Assembly (NCBI GenBank): GCA_013388455.1
Contig: JACAFF010000002.1
Span: forward strand, 23,115 to 87,114
Length of the DNA: 64,000 nucleotides
DNA from: Nitrospirota bacterium
GTDB taxonomy: Bacteria > Nitrospirota > Thermodesulfovibrionia > Thermodesulfovibrionales > SM23-35
Direction of reading: 5' to 3'
Shown: in pieces, positions 8,609 to 18,941 of the stretch
How the letters are laid out: every line of letters starts with the position of its first letter
How positions within the stretch are numbered: position 1 is the first letter of the stretch
Translations under genes and position numbers: made by a program
The notes under the pieces: generated by a model
Database searches by the model: none
Seen by the model: only the letters and a program-made list of their open reading frames with translations
What the model was told of the DNA's origin: nothing

Positions 8609-9685
8609 TTATATCAATACTTCTCTAATAGATCTTTCAGGAACGTTTTTCTGTATAAGCACACTTCCGATTTTTTGTGGAAGTATGAATTTCAATTCTC
8701 CAGCAATAGCTTTTTTATCAAGTTGCATGGAAAGGAAAATACTGTTTGGTTTTATATCTGTCGGTTTTTCAAACGGGAGCCCGTAAGATTCAATAAGGGA
8801 TTTAATCTTTGAAGCATCTTTACTATTAATCAAATTAAGCATTTCGGCGAGACGTGCCTCAAGTGCCATCCCTATCGCAATAGCTTCCCCATGTAGAAAT
8901 CTTTTATATCCTGTAACAGTCTCAATTGCATGTCCTATAGTATGTCCAAAATTCAGAATGGCTCTAAAACCTGATTCTCTTTCATCCTTTGATACAACTT
9001 CTGCTTTTATTTCACAAGAACGCTTAATTATATAAACAATTGCATCTCTATCAAGATTAAGGATTCTTTCTCTGTTTAATATAAGAAAATCAAATAATTC
9101 TTTATCATAGATCACACCATATTTGATAACTTCTGCTATCCCTGCTGTTAATTCTCTTTTCGGCAGGGTTTTTAAAGTCTCTATATCAATCCAAACAAGG
9201 CTTGGCTGCCAGAATGTGCCGATCATGTTCTTCCCGAGTTCATGATCAATACCTGTCTTGCCACCGACAGAACTATCAACCTGTGCAAGCAGAGTTGTAG
9301 GAATCTGGATATATGCAATTCCCCTCATATAGGTAGATGCAGCAAAACCGGTTATATCTCCGACAACTCCACCCCCGAGCGCAATTAGCGCAGACTTTCT
9401 GTCGAGTTTGTATCTAAGCAATTTACTGTATATCTGCTGAAGCGTTAAAATATTTTTATGCTCTTCACCATCGGGGATAATTACTGTCAGGAGATCAAAC
9501 CCAGCCTTCCTGATTGAATCTGTTACTTGTTCCCCATAAAGTGAAGATACGGTTGAATTGCTTATGATGGCGATTTTCGCGCTGAGATTGAAGGATTTCA
9601 GTTGTTCTCCAATACCATTTAGTATTTCATTTCCTATCATAATATCATAGCTTCGCTCACCAAGATTAACAGTTATTTTTTCCAT
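8609..9685 (-). CDS. aroB: 3-dehydroquinate synthase
   Basis: 358 aa. Glycine-rich GGGVVGDITGFAAS and metal-ligand regions FGHTIGHAIE and HGEAIAIG. Confidence 0.9.
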   Translation of the reverse strand: MEKITVNLGERSYDIMIGNEILNGIGEQLKSFNLSAKIAIISNSTVSSLYGEQVTDSIRKAGFDLLTVIIPDGEEHKNILTLQQIYSKLLRYKLDRKSALIALGGGVVGDITGFAASTYMRGIAYIQIPTTLLAQVDSSVGGKTGIDHELGKNMIGTFWQPSLVWIDIETLKTLPKRELTAGIAEVIKYGVIYDKELFDFLILNRERILNLDRDAIVYIIKRSCEIKAEVVSKDERESGFRAILNFGHTIGHAIETVTGYKRFLHGEAIAIGMALEARLAEMLNLINSKDASKIKSLIESYGLPFEKPTDIKPNSIFLSMQLDKKAIAGELKFILPQKIGSVLIQKNVPERSIREVLI

Positions 9686-10197
9686 TTAATCCTCATGCTT
9701 TTAATTCTATCTATTATCTCCTCTGCAATCTGTAAAGGGGTTTTATCTTCTGTATCTATTATAATGTCAGCTTTTTCATAAAATGGTTCTCTAAAATTTA
9801 GAAGCTCTTTTATCTTTTTAATAGGATTATCAACCTGAAGTAACGGCCTGTCAGTATTATTGCTTGTCCTTTTCAGAATTGTTTCTGGTTTTGCCTTCAA
9901 GCATATAATAATTCCTTTTTTTCTCAATATATCCATATTTTCATGTCTTAATACTACCCCACCTCCTGTAGAAATTATGCTTTTCTGATATTTAGAAAGT
10001 TTTTTTACCATTTCTGTTTCTATTTCTCTAAATCTTGGTTCCCCGAATTGTTTAAATATTTCATTTATTGTCATATTCTCTGCCTTTTCTATTTCTGTAT
10101 CCAGATCAATTAATTTCATATTAAGAAGGCGTGAGAGTTCTTTCCCAACAGCAGTCTTTCCTGTTCCCATGAAACCAGTAAGGACGATATTTTTCAT
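9673..10197 (-). CDS. aroK: shikimate kinase
   Basis: 174 aa. P-loop GFMGTGKTAVGK and STGGG motif. Overlaps aroB by 13 nt. Confidence 0.9.
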   Translation of the reverse strand: MKNIVLTGFMGTGKTAVGKELSRLLNMKLIDLDTEIEKAENMTINEIFKQFGEPRFREIETEMVKKLSKYQKSIISTGGGVVLRHENMDILRKKGIIICLKAKPETILKRTSNNTDRPLLQVDNPIKKIKELLNFREPFYEKADIIIDTEDKTPLQIAEEIIDRIKSMRIKWKK

Positions 10198-10270
10198 TTT
10201 TTCTTTTCGTTATGTTCCCCTATCCCATAAGTGGTGAGGGGGAATCCTTTTTTAAATGTGTTTTATGGAA

Positions 10271-10517
10271 GCATCTAAAATTTAGGCTTGCTAATTTCGG
10301 GCTGGAAATGCCTTTTCGCTCACTGAACAAAATTTCTGACCATTCTAAGACTCGGTCGCTCGAATTTGCAAACTCGGCCTTTGGCCTCAAACAATGCAAA
10401 TTCGCCCTTTAGGGACGCTCCCTTCGTTAAGACTGGTAACCAAAAATTTTGTAATGTTCGCTCCAAGACATCCCCAGCCAACTAATCTTTCTGGTCTTGA
10501 GCCTAAATTTTGGATGC
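10271..10517. repeat. 247-bp imperfect foldback (MITE-like) element in the aroK-mnmA intergenic region
   Basis: The termini gcatctaaaatttaggct (10271) and agcctaaattttggatgc (ending 10517) are reverse complements with one mismatch. The internal arms also pair imperfectly (e.g. ctaatttcgggctgg vs ccagccaactaat). Only short, unsupported ORFs overlap it. Confidence 0.6.
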
Positions 10518-10574
10518 TATCTGTTTATATTGTAGTAGTTACAGAACGACAGGTCAATCTGTTATATTGTTTAT

Positions 10575-11720
10575 ATGGCAAAGGTTATTGTTGGTATGAG
10601 TGGTGGAGTTGATTCTTCTGTTGCTGCATATCTTTTAAAAGAAAAAGGATATGAGGTTCAAGGAGTTAGTTTTGTCTTTTGGAGAGATGAAAACAGAATT
10701 GACCTTAAAACCTGTTGCTCTTTTCAATCCTTAAAAGATGCCTCAAAGTCTGCTCATCAAATTGGTATTCCACACAGCATTATAGATTTAAGAAATGATT
10801 TTACTGAAAAGGTAATCAAGCCCTTTGTTAATGCGTATTTAAGAGGTTTTACCCCGAATCCATGCATATTATGTAATAGATTTATCAAATTCCCATTTCT
10901 CTTGAAAGAGGCAGAAAAAATAAAAGCTGATTATATTGCAACTGGACATTATGCACGGATTGAAAAAATCCAGGAATCAGAAATCAAAAGTCAGAAACTA
11001 AAAAATAACCTATACTTGATCAAAAAGGGAATTGATCCAAAGAAAGATCAATCATATTTCCTGTATGTACTTAAACAGAAAATTCTTAAAAAGCTTCTTC
11101 TTCCACTTGGAAATTACAAGAAAAATGAAGTCAGAAGTATTGCAAAAGACCTGAATCTCGATGCCTTAGAAAGAACAGAAAGCCAGGAAATATGTTTTAT
11201 CAAAGAAAGCAATTATCTCAAGTTTATTGAGAAGTTCTCCGGTATCCAATCAAGATCAGGACATATAGTCGATTCAGATGGAAATGTTATCGGCATACAT
11301 AAGGGAATTTATAAATTCACAATTGGACAGAGAAAGGGATTGGGTATATCATCACGGCATCCATTCTATGTTGTAAAGATTGATGCAGAAAAAAATAGAA
11401 TATATGTTGGAGATTTCGAATCAGCGCAAATGAATAATGTTTTTGCAGACAGATTAAACTGGATCTATTATCCTCGACAGATTTTAGTAAAGAATAATAA
11501 TGACGGAATAGCTTTTAGAGCACTGGTAAAGGTGCGTTCCGCAATGAAAGAACAACCTGCAACAATAAACATACTAAAAAATAAAAAGATAGAGAAAGCA
11601 AAAACAGTACAAATTATATTTGATGAGCCTCAATGGGCTCCAGCTCCTGGACAGTCTGCCGTATTTTATGACGGAGATGTGATAATAGGCGGAGGCATCA
11701 TCTATGCAACTAATATATAA
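10575..11720 (+). CDS. mnmA: tRNA 2-thiouridine(34) synthase
   Basis: 381 aa. PP-loop VGMSGGVDSSVAA and catalytic Cys region TPNPCILCN. Confidence 0.9.
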   Translation: MAKVIVGMSGGVDSSVAAYLLKEKGYEVQGVSFVFWRDENRIDLKTCCSFQSLKDASKSAHQIGIPHSIIDLRNDFTEKVIKPFVNAYLRGFTPNPCILCNRFIKFPFLLKEAEKIKADYIATGHYARIEKIQESEIKSQKLKNNLYLIKKGIDPKKDQSYFLYVLKQKILKKLLLPLGNYKKNEVRSIAKDLNLDALERTESQEICFIKESNYLKFIEKFSGIQSRSGHIVDSDGNVIGIHKGIYKFTIGQRKGLGISSRHPFYVVKIDAEKNRIYVGDFESAQMNNVFADRLNWIYYPRQILVKNNNDGIAFRALVKVRSAMKEQPATINILKNKKIEKAKTVQIIFDEPQWAPAPGQSAVFYDGDVIIGGGIIYATNI

Positions 11721-11768
11721 ATTCAAATCTGTTCCAAAAGACATTCAAAGCTATGATATATTATTAAT

Positions 11769-12635
11769 ATGAAAAACGAAATATCTCCTATACTCTTAGA
11801 AAAAAAACTGAGCGAAAAAGATCTCTTAAAGAAAATTAAGACAATCTATAAAGAAAATTATCAAGACGATTCTATCGATATTCTTGAAAAAATATTTCTG
11901 GATGTTAGTGATCTGTTCAACGGCAAGCAAAAGGGATTTCTAAAGTGTGACACTAAATATCATGATTTTTCACATACCTTGCATGTTATACCACCGTTTA
12001 TCGGAATTATTGACGGATGGAATAAAAGTGGAAACAGGCCGAGGATCTCGAAAAAATTCTTTGATCTGGGTATTATTGCAGTCTTATTACACGATACAGG
12101 TTACATAAAATCAGAAGGTGACGTTGAAGGTACTGGTGCAAAATACACTTTTGTTCATATATACAGAAGCAAGATTTTTGCTGAATATTTTCTTTCTCTA
12201 TCAGGATTCTCAAAAAAAGACATTACATCTGTTCAGAATATTATCATGTGTTCAGGAGTAAGCCTGGATCTCAAAAAAATACATTTTAGTTCAGAAGAGG
12301 AACGTCTTACAGGTTATGCTCTCGGGACATCAGATTTACTCGGGCAATTGTCTGCAAGTGATTATCCTGAAAAGCTTCCTGAATTATATAATGAGTTTGA
12401 AGAGGCTTATAATTATGAAGGTCTTGAAAAACTTCGCAAACAAGGGATAATGATATATAGTAGTGCAGAAGATTTAATCAGAAAAACTCCTTATTTTTAT
12501 GAAGTAATTGTTTTAGAACGCCTTAAGACTCTTGGCTCACTGCATCAATATCTCACATATCATTTCAAGGATTCTCGAAACTATTTTATTGAGGCAATCG
12601 AGAATAATATTAATAAAATAAAACACGCTACTTAA
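11769..12635 (+). CDS. HD-domain protein (putative metal-dependent phosphohydrolase)
   Basis: 288 aa. H...HD pattern: HDFSHTLHV and AVLLHDTGY. Confidence 0.55.
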   Translation: MKNEISPILLEKKLSEKDLLKKIKTIYKENYQDDSIDILEKIFLDVSDLFNGKQKGFLKCDTKYHDFSHTLHVIPPFIGIIDGWNKSGNRPRISKKFFDLGIIAVLLHDTGYIKSEGDVEGTGAKYTFVHIYRSKIFAEYFLSLSGFSKKDITSVQNIIMCSGVSLDLKKIHFSSEEERLTGYALGTSDLLGQLSASDYPEKLPELYNEFEEAYNYEGLEKLRKQGIMIYSSAEDLIRKTPYFYEVIVLERLKTLGSLHQYLTYHFKDSRNYFIEAIENNINKIKHAT

Positions 12636-12638
12636 CTT

Positions 12639-13523
12639 TCAATAAATGAGCCTTAAGGAATTTGGTTCCACTTCTATTGAAGCAGGACTCAGTCCAAAAT
12701 AATCTCCGTCAAGCTGGATATGTGCTTTACCTTTGATTTGTATGCTTTCTGTTTTGAGGTATTCCACATCTTCGAACATTATGTGTCTATTTATTAATAT
12801 ACCGGCTACATATCTGAGAATATCAAAACGCCTTTTTCCTTTAAAAAGACAGACATACAGAGTTGGCTCTGTAAGTTTTGCATCCGGAGTAATTTTTAAA
12901 TTTCCACCGTATTTTGCAGCCTTACCGACAATTAATGAATAAACCTTATATGTTTTTTCATTAATATCGCATGTTAATGCTTCAGGCTTAAATCTGATCA
13001 ATGTCTTAATCCCACTAAGTATATATACACCTTTCCCTGAAATTTTCTTAAGATTTTCATTTATCCTGTAAACAGATTCTCCATCATACCCTATACCTGC
13101 CATTAGGACAAAGTATCGGGTGATACGAGAAGATTGATAACCTGCTATTATTTTCCCGAGAGAAACAACATGCGGAGTTCCTTTTATTGCAATCTCTATC
13201 GCTCCTTCAACATTCTCAGGGACACCGATTTCCTTCGCAAGAACATTGGTTGTGCCCATAGGGAGAATTGCCATGGGTATATCTGAATTCACCATGCCAT
13301 TTATGACCTCATTGAATGTCCCATCACCACCTGCTGCAATAACGAGAAAAGGCCGTTTATTCACTGCTTCTCTTGCAATATTCTCTGCTTCACCCCTCTG
13401 TTTTGTAAATAAGATATCAACTGCATATCCCTTTGATCTCAGGAGATGATATGCCCCTTGAATCTTTTTTTTAGAAGCGCTTTTTGCAGCAGGGTTACTT
13501 ATGATAATTATTGAGGATTTCAT
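12639..13523 (-). CDS. diacylglycerol/lipid kinase family protein (YegS/BmrU-like)
   Basis: 294 aa. DAGK catalytic motif VIAAGGDGTFNEV and MGTTNV. Confidence 0.75.
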   Translation of the reverse strand: MKSSIIIISNPAAKSASKKKIQGAYHLLRSKGYAVDILFTKQRGEAENIAREAVNKRPFLVIAAGGDGTFNEVINGMVNSDIPMAILPMGTTNVLAKEIGVPENVEGAIEIAIKGTPHVVSLGKIIAGYQSSRITRYFVLMAGIGYDGESVYRINENLKKISGKGVYILSGIKTLIRFKPEALTCDINEKTYKVYSLIVGKAAKYGGNLKITPDAKLTEPTLYVCLFKGKRRFDILRYVAGILINRHIMFEDVEYLKTESIQIKGKAHIQLDGDYFGLSPASIEVEPNSLRLIY

Positions 13524-14358
13524 TAAGTGGCACTACCCCTTTACTTGTGGAAACTCTATTAATTATTACTGGTGTTTCTTCAAGATAACGAGTGACTTTT
13601 TCTATATTAACCCCTTCTTTGATAAAAAAAGCCCTGCCTCCCGTTCTACTTCCCCTTTTTTTTATATGCGGTATCCTGACATAGCCATATCTTTGAGATG
13701 CTAAATACCCTGTTGTATAATCAGGGTCATCTGAAATACAAAGTTCAGCAATTATTCCTTTATAAGAAGAAACCTTGGAAGCAAGGATAATAGCCTCTTT
13801 TACTGTCTCAGTATTAATACTGTATCTTGAAAGTTCTGCGGAAAGTTTTTTTGAAGCAGAATTAGTTATCCCCAGACGTGATACCCTAATCCCTCGTTCA
13901 AAGTCAGGCTCAAGTCTTTTAGCTTTTTCTGCTGAAATAAGAGTTGCCCCTCTCATATTACCTTCTTTAATTATCTTAATAGCAACTTGAAAAGCCATTT
14001 TAGATATACCTAACATTTGTGTTATCTTTTCAATTATTTTTTCCCCTTCAAAAGGTGTTCTGCTATAAACAGTGCTTACTGGCAAAGATCTGATCGAATA
14101 AGGTTTCTGTTCAATATTTTCGATTGTTAATACAATTTTATCGGCCATGCCTTTAGGATGGTTTAATGCCCTTTCAATGTATCTATTAACTATCGTGTTA
14201 ATCTCTGATTTAAAATAAAGCCCTTCTGCTCCAGATATATGGATTTCTTTTAGTTTCGATTCATGAATTTTGGTTTTTGTTTCTTTTATTTTGCATTTTG
14301 AATCTTGAGTTTTTAATTTTTTGGATGACCTCATCCTTATGCTCCAGAATTTTTTCAT
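13495..14358 (-). CDS. bioW: 6-carboxyhexanoate-CoA ligase (pimeloyl-CoA synthetase)
   Basis: 287 aa. N-terminal SIRMRSS...HISGAEG and C-terminal blocks GIRVSRLG, ASKVSSYKGIIAELCISDDPDYTTGY and GGRAFFI match my recollection of Bacillus and Aquifex BioW. Confidence 0.75.
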   Translation of the reverse strand: MKKFWSIRMRSSKKLKTQDSKCKIKETKTKIHESKLKEIHISGAEGLYFKSEINTIVNRYIERALNHPKGMADKIVLTIENIEQKPYSIRSLPVSTVYSRTPFEGEKIIEKITQMLGISKMAFQVAIKIIKEGNMRGATLISAEKAKRLEPDFERGIRVSRLGITNSASKKLSAELSRYSINTETVKEAIILASKVSSYKGIIAELCISDDPDYTTGYLASQRYGYVRIPHIKKRGSRTGGRAFFIKEGVNIEKVTRYLEETPVIINRVSTSKGVVPLNEILNNYHK

Positions 14359-14399
14359 AGATGGATTATACCCAAAAAATGCAATTTATTAAATTTTAT

Positions 14400-15224
14400 C
14401 TATGTTAAATCCCTGTCGCTGAAAATATCTCTAAGCGTTGTATAATTCCCCCCAAATCGCTCTATGAGTATCCTGTCGAAACGTCTTAATATTTTCATAA
14501 TATAAATATCATGTTTTATATAGTCCTCGATAATAGTCACAAATCCTACATTCGAACTCCATGCCCCTTCCACCCTATTATTTCTGAATATAGTTCCCAT
14601 TATTATTTCTCTTGAATCAATTACAGCAATGAATCCCTTCTCACCTTTTTCATGATATATCGTATTTTCAATAGGATGGAGATACATCTGCCCAATCCTC
14701 ACTGAAGGTTGACCGAAATGAACTATTGCAATTTTGACACCTCTCCTGTGTGCTTCAAGAATCTCTTTTTCTATTTGTGTAAGCTCTTCTTTCCAGATAG
14801 AGAGAAGTATAGTGCGTGTAGTAGCTTTAATTGATTGATTGGTTTTATTTATTAGATGACTATAGTCCGTAATATTCCATATATATGAAGATGAACGTTT
14901 CGTCTTGAAATCCGATAGTCTGATCATTAATGATGTAAGAATATTCTCTGTAATATCTTTATATCTTTCAACTAAATCCTGAGGTGGTATTGGAATGTAT
15001 TTAGCAGTTTTTTTCTCATCAATAATTGAGATGTTACCCTTTTCGATGAGCTTTTCGAGAACTCTATAAACCTTTGATGTAGGAACTCCAGAAGATTTAC
15101 CCACCTCATAGGCAGTAGCAGGACTCTCCCGTAGTAATGTAAGGTAAACCTTCGCTTCGTATTCCGAAAAACCTAAATACATGAGGTGCTTTATTACAAT
15201 ATCAGTTTTATTATTATCTACCAT
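14400..15224 (-). CDS. TrmB-family transcriptional regulator
   Basis: 274 aa. N-terminal wHTH LGFSEYEAKVYLTLLRESPATAYEVGKSSGVPTSKVYRVLEKLIEKG plus a C-terminal effector-type domain. Confidence 0.7.
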   Translation of the reverse strand: MVDNNKTDIVIKHLMYLGFSEYEAKVYLTLLRESPATAYEVGKSSGVPTSKVYRVLEKLIEKGNISIIDEKKTAKYIPIPPQDLVERYKDITENILTSLMIRLSDFKTKRSSSYIWNITDYSHLINKTNQSIKATTRTILLSIWKEELTQIEKEILEAHRRGVKIAIVHFGQPSVRIGQMYLHPIENTIYHEKGEKGFIAVIDSREIIMGTIFRNNRVEGAWSSNVGFVTIIEDYIKHDIYIMKILRRFDRILIERFGGNYTTLRDIFSDRDLT

Positions 15225-15294
15225 TGTAGTTAATAATAATTTTACATATTATTGAATGTCAATTAGAATTAGATGTATCAAATAATTGCTGAAT

Positions 15295-16995
15295 CTAAAG
15301 AGTAGTAAAAAGACCTATCTGGCCGTCCTTTTTAATCCTGTCTATTTTATCAGGTATATAGACATTTGAGATAAATTTTTCAGGAATCTCTCTTAGAAAT
15401 GGGGAAGGGGACTGAGGATGTTTATGTCCATATATAAATCTGCTCCTTGTATTTGTAAGGAAGAGCTCATCCTTTGCCCGCGTCATACCAACATAAAAAA
15501 GCCTCCTCTCTTCCTCAATATCAGTTACATCCTTTTTTATGTTGTAAGGAATTAAACCTTCTTCAACACCTGTTATAAATACTACCCTGAATTCAAGCCC
15601 TTTAGACATATGGAGGGTCATAAGAGTTACAGCATCTGATTTTGAATTGTAGATATCAGCGGGTGTAATTAGTTTAATTTCTTGTATAAGTTTAACAAAC
15701 ATATCCGATAGTTCAAAATCATTATATTGATACTGTAATGCAATATTTTGAAGGACTATATAGACTGGGTCTCCTGAATCAGCCTTCAAAGAGATATTCT
15801 CTATGACTTTGTTGTAAAATTCAACAGGCGATAATTTCTTTAATTCATTAATAATTTTGTTATTAATCGTGGGTGGTTTTCCTATTACCTGATATGGTAT
15901 TCCTGACAAACTAAAAGTTTCTTCCAATATCTGTGCTTGTGCATTCGATCTAAATAGTACTGCAAAATCTGAGAAGTTGAAACCCTGCCCTGAAAATTCT
16001 ATGTTCATTCCTTCCTGAAGCATTTGATAATGACTTGTGCCTCCAATCATTCTCTCAATTTCTTTTATAATGAATTTCCCCTCTGCCTTTTCATCAGGCA
16101 ATGAGATAATTCTGATCGGAAGACCTGTATCCTTCAATGGGTTGATTTTCCTTTCTATTCTCTTAAGATTATTTTTAATGAGTTCATTCGATGCCTCGAT
16201 TATTATTCCTGTTGAACGATAATTATCAACGAGAGCGATTTTCTGTACATCAGTATAATCCTTATCAAAGTTCAGGAAATTAGTGACATCAGCCCCTCTG
16301 AAGGCATAGATTGCCTGGTCAGAATCTCCGATTACACAGAGGTTACGACTCTTTGGTGTAAGAAGTTTCAGCAATCTGTACTGTGCCGGATTGATATCCT
16401 GATACTCATCTACCATTATATATTCAAAGGCATCTTTATATTTTCCATGGTTATCATTATCACTGAGTATATCTATTGATTTACATATAAGGTCATCAAA
16501 ATCGAAGGCGTTTTTTTCTTTCAATGTGTTCTGATATTTTTCGAAAATTGTTTTTATAGAATCATCAATGTATTCAGTATAGTTTTTTATTCTCGAAATC
16601 TTTTCAGCAACCTGCTTTAATTTCATTCCAGATTTCTTTATTAAACCCTTTAAAATATTTTCCTGCTCATCTCTGTTGATAATTATAAAACTGTCTTTGA
16701 AAAAATCTTGAATAATTCTCAAGCCGAGTAAATGAAAGGTACCAATAAATACCTTATGTGCATTTTTGCCCAGGAAATCCTCTGCCCTTTTCTTCATCTC
16801 ATTTGCAGCCCTGTTAGTGAATGTCACACCAAGAATACGCTCTGGATTTGTCCCTTTGTGAATGAGATAAGAAATTCTCCGAACAATAGTTAAGGTCTTA
16901 CCGGTGCCCGGCCCTGCAATAATCATCACCGGCCCCTCAGTAGTAGTCACCGCTTTTTTCTGTGATTCATTCAACCCGTAAAGTATGTCGTTCAT
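15295..16995 (-). CDS. UvrD/PcrA/Rep-family SF1 DNA helicase (compact, 566 aa)
   Basis: Motif I AGPGTGKT, motif II VDEYQD, motif III GDSDQAIYAFRGA, motif IV NYRS, motif V TLHMSKGLEF, motif VI YVGMTRAKDEL. Confidence 0.85.
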   Translation of the reverse strand: MNDILYGLNESQKKAVTTTEGPVMIIAGPGTGKTLTIVRRISYLIHKGTNPERILGVTFTNRAANEMKKRAEDFLGKNAHKVFIGTFHLLGLRIIQDFFKDSFIIINRDEQENILKGLIKKSGMKLKQVAEKISRIKNYTEYIDDSIKTIFEKYQNTLKEKNAFDFDDLICKSIDILSDNDNHGKYKDAFEYIMVDEYQDINPAQYRLLKLLTPKSRNLCVIGDSDQAIYAFRGADVTNFLNFDKDYTDVQKIALVDNYRSTGIIIEASNELIKNNLKRIERKINPLKDTGLPIRIISLPDEKAEGKFIIKEIERMIGGTSHYQMLQEGMNIEFSGQGFNFSDFAVLFRSNAQAQILEETFSLSGIPYQVIGKPPTINNKIINELKKLSPVEFYNKVIENISLKADSGDPVYIVLQNIALQYQYNDFELSDMFVKLIQEIKLITPADIYNSKSDAVTLMTLHMSKGLEFRVVFITGVEEGLIPYNIKKDVTDIEEERRLFYVGMTRAKDELFLTNTRSRFIYGHKHPQSPSPFLREIPEKFISNVYIPDKIDRIKKDGQIGLFTTL

Positions 16996-17010
16996 AAAAA
17001 TATCGACGTT

Positions 17011-17199
17011 AACCCAAATAATGCAGATATTGCTCAGAAAATTCTTTAACTCGATATTCCCCCGTAGTCCCCCTTGCCAAGGGGGGAATTAAAGGGGGGT
17101 ACATGTTATATGGATAAAAATATTCAAAAAACCATCAGTTAAATGTGCACTAAGGTATCAAAAAATAAATTTTTTCGCAACATCTGTATTATTTGGGTT
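17011..17199. mobile_element. 189-bp MITE-like element with terminal inverted repeats (copy 1)
   Basis: TIRs aacccaaataatgcagatattgc / gcaacatctgtattatttgggtt. The interior aligns with the second copy at 22851-23026 (ctttaactcgat..., atggataaaaatattc..aaaaccat.agttaaa, aaaaataaatttt.tcgcaacatctg). This copy also carries a nested G/C hairpin at 17057-17100 that copy 2 lacks. Confidence 0.75.
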
Positions 17200-17228
17200 A
17201 ATAATTATGTCTAAAATACAATCTTAAT

Positions 17229-18941
17229 ATGTTATACTTTTTAGCATCTTTTAAATTAATCTTTTTAAAAAGTAGAGTGGAACGCGAAGTAATAGAATTC
17301 GATATTATCTTTGTTGGTGGAGGGCCTGCCAATTTAAGCAGTGCAATTCATCTGACAAACCTCATCCAGAAATATAATGAGGAGATTGACAGTGGGACAC
17401 GACAGGGTGAAAAAATTGATATCGAAGACAAAATTGCTGTTTTAGAAAAGGGCGCTTATTTTGGTGCACATAACATTTCTGGAGCAGTGCTCATTCCTGA
17501 TGTGCTTTCAGAACTATTACCTGATCATAAGAAGCGTGGTTGTCCAGTTTATACAGAGGTAAATAAGGAATCCATTTATTTCTTAACCAGAAATAGAAAA
17601 ATCAAGATTCCTTTTATTCCTTCTTTTTTGAATAATCATGGAAATTATATTATCTCACTCTCCAGATTTATAAGCTGGCTTTCTAAGATTGCAGAACAGA
17701 ATAAAGTAATGCTTCTTGAAGGAACGGCTGCTGTTGAAATTCTCTATGAAGGAACAAAAGTAACAGGAGTACGTACAGACGACAAACGCCTTCAGGAGAA
17801 TGGCGAATACGAAACCCCGGGTTATATTCTGAACTCAAAAGTTGTTGTTCTTGGTGAGGGAAGCAACGGCACTTTACTCAAAGGCATTGTCGAGAAATTG
17901 CATCTTGATCAAGACAGGTCTCCTTCTATTTATGAACTGGGTGTAAAGGAGATCTATGAACTAACGAATAATCCTCTCAAAAAAGGAGAATGCATTCATA
18001 CATTCGGGTATCCTTTTCGAAAAGGAATTTCTGGCGGAGGATTCATTTATTGTATTTCTGAAACACAGGTTGTCATCGGGCTTATAGCTCATCTCAGTTC
18101 AGAGGACCCACAGTTAGATCCACATAAAGAACTTCAAAAATATAAAATGCATCCTCTGATAAACAGTATCATCAAAGATGGGAAACCCACTCATTACGGA
18201 GCACGAACACTTCCTTGCGGTGGATATTTTTCTATCCCAAAACTTACCTCTGATGGAGTTATGATAATCGGCGATTCTGCAAACCTTGTTGATTCTCGAA
18301 AATTGAAAGGACTGCATACAGCTATAAAATCCGGAATGCTTGCTGCAGAAGTTCTTTTTGAAGCCTATAAGACAAAAAATTTTTCAGAAAGCCAACTCGC
18401 AAAATATGAAGAAAAATTGAAAAACAGCTGGATATATTCTGACCTCAAGAAGAGCCGTAATTTCACACCTGCTGTTGCAATGGGGGTGCCTTTTCCTGGC
18501 GGGCCTCTTCTTGCTTTCCAGATTCTTACTGGCGGGGCTACTCCAATTGGAGATCTTAAATCAAAATACGATTACTTAACAACAAAGAATATAAAAAGTT
18601 TTTACGGCAGTAAATCATTCGAGCCATTGCCAAAGCCAGATGAAAGAATTATAGTAAGCAAGCTAACAGATGTATATTTATCTGGCACTTCACATGACGA
18701 AAAACAGAAAAGCCATATACGTTTGAAAGATGAAGAAAACTGCAAAAAATGTATTGATGAATATAATGCTTCCTGCACAGTATTCTGTCCAGCCGCTGTA
18801 TATGAACTTGAAGGCGATAGAATAAAAGTTAATTTCAGTAACTGTCTTCATTGCAAAACCTGCGATCTGAAATGTCCTTTTGAAAATATAGTATGGAATC
18901 TCCCGGAAGGTGGTGGAGGGCCACGTTATACTTTACAATAA
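17229..18941 (+). CDS. electron-transfer flavoprotein:quinone oxidoreductase (FixC/FixX-like fusion)
   Basis: 570 aa. FAD fold IIFVGGGPANLS and C-terminal ferredoxin-like Cys motifs CPAAVYE and CLHCKTCDLKCP. The true start may be the GTG at 17277 (VEREVIEFD...). Confidence 0.8.
   Translation: MLYFLASFKLIFLKSRVEREVIEFDIIFVGGGPANLSSAIHLTNLIQKYNEEIDSGTRQGEKIDIEDKIAVLEKGAYFGAHNISGAVLIPDVLSELLPDHKKRGCPVYTEVNKESIYFLTRNRKIKIPFIPSFLNNHGNYIISLSRFISWLSKIAEQNKVMLLEGTAAVEILYEGTKVTGVRTDDKRLQENGEYETPGYILNSKVVVLGEGSNGTLLKGIVEKLHLDQDRSPSIYELGVKEIYELTNNPLKKGECIHTFGYPFRKGISGGGFIYCISETQVVIGLIAHLSSEDPQLDPHKELQKYKMHPLINSIIKDGKPTHYGARTLPCGGYFSIPKLTSDGVMIIGDSANLVDSRKLKGLHTAIKSGMLAAEVLFEAYKTKNFSESQLAKYEEKLKNSWIYSDLKKSRNFTPAVAMGVPFPGGPLLAFQILTGGATPIGDLKSKYDYLTTKNIKSFYGSKSFEPLPKPDERIIVSKLTDVYLSGTSHDEKQKSHIRLKDEENCKKCIDEYNASCTVFCPAAVYELEGDRIKVNFSNCLHCKTCDLKCPFENIVWNLPEGGGGPRYTLQ

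Noticed and set aside
10212-10612. Small ORFs (66 and 72 aa) in the aroK-mnmA intergenic region
   Set aside because: They lie on the foldback repeat. Their translations (…RSLNKISDHSKTRSLEFANSAFGLKQ…) look like repeat-derived sequence, and the second overlaps the mnmA start.
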